Origin: Patescibacteria group bacterium
GTDB taxonomy: Bacteria; Patescibacteriota; Microgenomatia; 2-02-FULL-39-11
NCBI GenBank assembly: GCA_023379265.1
Contig: JAMCUI010000004.1
Location: 9,273 to 73,272, forward strand
Direction of reading: 5' to 3'
DNA length: 64,000 nt
The position numbers and the translations under genes are program-made. Shown here piece after piece: positions 60,333-64,000 of this stretch (within the stretch, counting starts at the first letter, position 1; every line of letters begins with the position of its first letter). The notes beneath the pieces are model-generated. The model was not told the DNA's origin. It worked only from the letters and a program-made list of their open reading frames with translations, and ran no database searches.

Positions 60333-61523
60333 CTATTGCTGACTACCGTCGTTACTTCCCAATATCACATTAAAAGTTTTAGTATTATTATTTCGCCATA
60401 CCTCAACACTCAGGCTATCCCCTACTTTCTTGCCGGAAATGATAGTTGCTAAATCATTATTATCACTGGACCTAAGCCTTTTGCCATCCACTTTGGTTAT
60501 AATATCTCCTTTTTGCAAACCTGCAGTGTCTGCTGGTGACCCGACCACTACATTTTCTACATATGCGCCTTCAGGTACGTCGTTTAGAAGCGCCAGATCG
60601 CGAGTTATCATCTTATAGCGTACGCCCAGAAAAGGCCGTTGGAATTTACCACCGCTTTTATTGAACTGATCGAGTGCGTCTTTAATCACATCGATTGGAA
60701 TGGCAAACCCGATATTCTGTCCCGATTGGGAAACGGCCGTGTTTATACCAATTACCTGGCCACTGGAATTTAAGAGCGGTCCGCCGGAGTTTCCAGGATT
60801 TATTGCCGCATCAGTCTGTATCACATTATCCAGTCTCTCCACATAACCTTCATACGGACTACCGGCAGTAATTCCTCTACCTAATCCTGAAATGACACCG
60901 GTTGTAACAGTATTTCTAAATTCTCCTAAAGCAGTCCCGATTGCAATGGCCATCTGCCCCACTTTCAGTTTCGAGGAATCCCCCATGGCTACCGGTTTTA
61001 ATCCGCTAGCGTTGATCTTGAGAATCGCCAGATCGTTGGCCGGATCACGGTAGATATTTTGCACTTCATATGTTTTGTCGTCTTTGGTGATCACTTTATA
61101 CTTGGCAGTAGTGTCTGAAACCACATGTTTATTGGTTACGATCATTCCATCTTGATCTACTATAAAACCTGATCCTATATCCTGTTGTTGCTGTTGGCTC
61201 TGGCCCTGGCTGCCGCCTGAAGGCGGCAACTGCTGATCCCCAAAAAAGCCAAAAGGGTCAAAAGGATTTAAGTCATATAAGCCGCTTGAGCCTTGTGTGG
61301 TGACGATGGAGACTGTCACCACCGATGGCGAAACTTTATCCACCACATCCGTCACTACCGACTCTTCGCTGACAATTTTGATTTTTTCGGCAGGTTGCGA
61401 GTTTGATGAATTTTGTGGCAAAAGTTGACCCAATTTACTCAATTGCAGCTGCCACTGTCCGTTTGCCGCACCATATGCTAGAAGTACAATAATCAACAAC
61501 ACTAACAGAATTATTCTTTTCAT
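60333..61523 (-). CDS. HtrA/DegP-family serine protease with PDZ domain
   Basis: Catalytic triad contexts TNKHVV, NDLAILKI and GNSGGPLLN. C-terminal PDZ domain. Confidence 0.85.
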   Translation of the reverse strand: MKRIILLVLLIIVLLAYGAANGQWQLQLSKLGQLLPQNSSNSQPAEKIKIVSEESVVTDVVDKVSPSVVTVSIVTTQGSSGLYDLNPFDPFGFFGDQQLPPSGGSQGQSQQQQQDIGSGFIVDQDGMIVTNKHVVSDTTAKYKVITKDDKTYEVQNIYRDPANDLAILKINASGLKPVAMGDSSKLKVGQMAIAIGTALGEFRNTVTTGVISGLGRGITAGSPYEGYVERLDNVIQTDAAINPGNSGGPLLNSSGQVIGINTAVSQSGQNIGFAIPIDVIKDALDQFNKSGGKFQRPFLGVRYKMITRDLALLNDVPEGAYVENVVVGSPADTAGLQKGDIITKVDGKRLRSSDNNDLATIISGKKVGDSLSVEVWRNNNTKTFNVILGSNDGSQQ

Positions 61524-61579
61524 AAATAAATATTTTAAGAGGAATGAAAATTTATTTCAATATATATCCGGAAATAAAT

Positions 61580-62902
61580 TTACTTGACCAAGGTTTCTAC
61601 TGCTTTTTGCAGTTGCAGATCCTCGTCAGGCTTAGTATCGTCATTTGCCACTTTGACATCGGGATCAATCCCTGTACCGTTTATCCATTTACCCGACGGC
61701 AGTAGCCACTTGGCAACTGTAATATGTATTCCTGCGCCTCCGGGCAAATCCTGCGCTTCCTGCACGCTACCTTTGCCAAAAGATGTCTCACCAACCAGTC
61801 TTGCCCTTCCTCTCTCATGGAGAGCTCCGGCTACAATCTCAGCGGCTGAAGCCGTACCTTTATTTATGAGAACAACCATAGGAATAGACAAAAGTGCGCC
61901 TTTCCTGTTGACATTGTAAGTTTCCTTTCCGCCTGTAGTTGATTCCTGTACTACAACAGTACCGTCCTTAAGAAACTCTGATGCGATAAATACCGAACCT
62001 GAAAGATAACCTCCGGGATTGTCGCGAAGATCAAGGACAAGACCTTTAATCCTGCCCTGCCGCCTGTCCTTTTGCATCTCCTGGTTTATTTCTGATACGG
62101 CCTTATTCCATTCGTCTGACGTCTGGTCCCCGAAACGGCTGAGTTTCAGGTAAACCACCTCATCGCATGTTGGGCAGTTCGTCTGTACAATAGCGCATGT
62201 GTTTGCTGAGGAACAGTTGGCGTAAACTGTATTCCAATCGACCGATGACACGGTTATGGTATCGCGGACTACCTTGATGTCCACCGGTACTGCAGTATTT
62301 TTGTGAAGCACCGTCAATGTAACACTTGTACCTTTTGGCCCGCGTATTTTGGTTACAGCCTCAGGCAATGTCCAATCTGCAGTATCTTTACCATCCACCT
62401 TCACTATTACATCCCCTGACTTTATCCCAGCTTTTACCGCTGGAGCACCTTTAAGGGGAGCTACCACAACAATCTTTTTATCCTGCATACCAAGCTGTAT
62501 GCCAACCCCTTCAAGCTTACCTCCCAAATCATCTTTAGCTTCCTGATTTTGCGCAGGCGCAAGAAAGACTGTATAAGGGTCACCCAGCGAATTCACCATC
62601 CCGGATATTGCCCCATACACCATTTTCTGAGGATCAATCTTTGTTTTATCGACATAATAGCGGTTTAGCCTGTCCCAGACGTTCCAGAAAAGGGAAAAAT
62701 CCACACTGACAGGCTTATTGGGAGACCGGCCGGCAATCTGCGAGACGGGGATAATATTATTTTGGCCTGTTGCGTTTACTCCAGCATTGTAGCCCAATCC
62801 GAATGCAATCACTAGAAAAGCTATTCCAAGTATCAGGTTACGGATTGTCCTTAGCGAAAACGGTGGATTTTTTTTAGAATGGTTCACTACAATTTTATTC
62901 AT
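61580..62902 (-). CDS. S41-family C-terminal processing peptidase (Ctp)
   Basis: PDZ domain followed by LVLDLRDNPGGYL and TASAAEIVAGAL...GETSFGKG. Confidence 0.85.
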   Translation of the reverse strand: MNKIVVNHSKKNPPFSLRTIRNLILGIAFLVIAFGLGYNAGVNATGQNNIIPVSQIAGRSPNKPVSVDFSLFWNVWDRLNRYYVDKTKIDPQKMVYGAISGMVNSLGDPYTVFLAPAQNQEAKDDLGGKLEGVGIQLGMQDKKIVVVAPLKGAPAVKAGIKSGDVIVKVDGKDTADWTLPEAVTKIRGPKGTSVTLTVLHKNTAVPVDIKVVRDTITVSSVDWNTVYANCSSANTCAIVQTNCPTCDEVVYLKLSRFGDQTSDEWNKAVSEINQEMQKDRRQGRIKGLVLDLRDNPGGYLSGSVFIASEFLKDGTVVVQESTTGGKETYNVNRKGALLSIPMVVLINKGTASAAEIVAGALHERGRARLVGETSFGKGSVQEAQDLPGGAGIHITVAKWLLPSGKWINGTGIDPDVKVANDDTKPDEDLQLQKAVETLVK

Positions 62903-63632
62903 TTAACACTATTATTTCCCTGCTTTCAGGTCTTAACCAGACATGTCGTGACGTATGGTGTAATAGTCTATTATATACTTCTTTTTCCACTTCTAGAAAT
63001 GGCAATTCCAACTCTTTGTCATCTGGAACATGTTGCGCGATTAACCCTACAGCTCCAATTGCCTCAAGTTTCGTGCTTGATTCGGGCAAAAGAGAAATAC
63101 ACATGACAATTTTGCCGTTTGAATCTGAGTCTATGCTTAGAATTCCGACATTTTCTCCTGAAATATGATGCAGTTTTGCCGTGACATCAGCCCCTTTCCC
63201 TCTTTTGGACTGAAACATCTCCCCATCCACTTCGATTTCTAAGCAAGTCTTTGTAATAGCTTTTACCTTTCCCGTTACTGGAAGGCAAACTTTCCCTCCA
63301 CCCGCAACTTTATTTCTTATCAATACAACATCACCTGTCTTCAAATCAATTTCCTTGAGCATTGCACCCCCCGGAGACTTGACTTGATACGAAGAGAATA
63401 GACCCTTTTTTTCGGCAATTATGTCTCCTTCGCTAAGTTTTTCTCCTATACCCTTTTTCAGAAATTTAGGCAAAAAAACAGGATTTATCTTAAAAATTTT
63501 GGCTACGGGTATGGACTGGAGGTTTTCTTCGTCTCTCTTTTCAAAAACAGGAATACTTGGGTCGATTCTGTCACCAGTGTCAACTAAAATTCGTGTCTTT
63601 TCATCGATGGGGAGTTGGACAGTTACTTTCAT
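62895..63632 (-). CDS. hypothetical protein
   Basis: 245-aa ORF. No motif recognised. Confidence 0.45.
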   Translation of the reverse strand: MKVTVQLPIDEKTRILVDTGDRIDPSIPVFEKRDEENLQSIPVAKIFKINPVFLPKFLKKGIGEKLSEGDIIAEKKGLFSSYQVKSPGGAMLKEIDLKTGDVVLIRNKVAGGGKVCLPVTGKVKAITKTCLEIEVDGEMFQSKRGKGADVTAKLHHISGENVGILSIDSDSNGKIVMCISLLPESSTKLEAIGAVGLIAQHVPDDKELELPFLEVEKEVYNRLLHHTSRHVWLRPESREIIVLNE

Positions 63633-63748
63633 TAAGCGCGAGTCTGGTACTTTTCTCTTCTAAATCCCAATCGTCTCTTAATCCGTACCAGGTATAAAAA
63701 TTTCTGGAATTAGGCACCAGGGCGTATTAAATTAATAATCGTCAAGGA

Positions 63749-63997
63749 TTATGATGGTCGGACGACATATGGCAAAATAGCTATATAGCGTGCCCTTTTT
63801 ATTGCGCTGGACAACGCTTTTTGATGTTTTTGACAAATACCGCTTAGCATTCTACCAATTATTTTGCCCCTGTCAGACACGCCGTGCTTTAGAGTCTCCA
63901 GATCTTTATAATCGGGTTCAATTTTCTGTTTACAGTAGAAACAGTTTTTCCTCTTTATTATCCGTCTTCGGGTTGTACGCCTGCGATCTTTTAACAT
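63749..63997 (-). CDS. rpsR: 30S ribosomal protein S18
   Basis: …CKQKIEPDYKDLETLKHGVSDRGKIIGRMLSGICQKHQKALSSAIKRARYIAILPY. Confidence 0.85.
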   Translation of the reverse strand: MLKDRRRTTRRRIIKRKNCFYCKQKIEPDYKDLETLKHGVSDRGKIIGRMLSGICQKHQKALSSAIKRARYIAILPYVVRPS

Positions 63998-64000
63998 AAT

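Overview
This 64-kb window looks like a low-GC, gene-dense segment from a small-genome bacterium. The repertoire (ribosomal proteins, gyrB/gyrA, dnaB, hisS, rpmE, rpsR, lgt) together with a large type IV pilus locus is typical of CPR/Patescibacteria, though that placement is an inference from gene content only. Standard code 11 fits: TGA, TAA and TAG all terminate ORFs.

Content from 5' to 3':
- 1-3426: a GT1 glycosyltransferase 3' fragment and a 941-aa low-complexity giant protein.
- 3822-11588: an envelope-enzyme cluster (parallel beta-helix protein, two LtaS/sulfatase-like enzymes, an NPP/type-I phosphodiesterase-like enzyme).
- 11699-26614: a large type IV pilus locus. It holds seven tandem prepilin genes, pilD, three large GT-C-like polytopic membrane proteins (DUF2723+TPR, YfhO-like, one unknown), a further pilin, and pilC-pilT-pilB.
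- 26797-35471: holB-like, gyrB, an H+-pyrophosphatase inserted between gyrB and gyrA, gyrA, and folD.
- 35628-37245: a metallophosphoesterase and a XerC/D-type tyrosine recombinase.
- 37246-38917: a 1.6-kb ORF-free AT-rich region carrying a degenerate palindromic repeat family.
- 38918-49871: yebC, a TPR protein, an LCP-like protein, a Kef-type antiporter, rluA-family, dksA/traR-like, lgt, an MFS transporter and pepA.
- 50055-50240: tRNA-Leu(CAA) embedded between the two halves of a degenerate second tRNA.
- 50549-64000: dnaB, MBL hydrolase, IMPase, M24 peptidase, hisS, DMT transporter, rpmE, an RF1-like release factor that lacks domain 1, htrA, ctpA and rpsR.

The most unusual signal is a recurring architecture, not a single gene. 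At nine or more loci, short tandem duplications sit exactly on gene termini, and most units are 72-78 bp. In each case one copy preserves the ORF. At some loci the copies differ only at synonymous sites (hppA, dnaB).

A heptanucleotide repeat (TCTCAAA)n lies in a pilin leader and recurs upstream of dnaB.

No homology search was possible. All calls rest on motifs I could read directly from the supplied translations.
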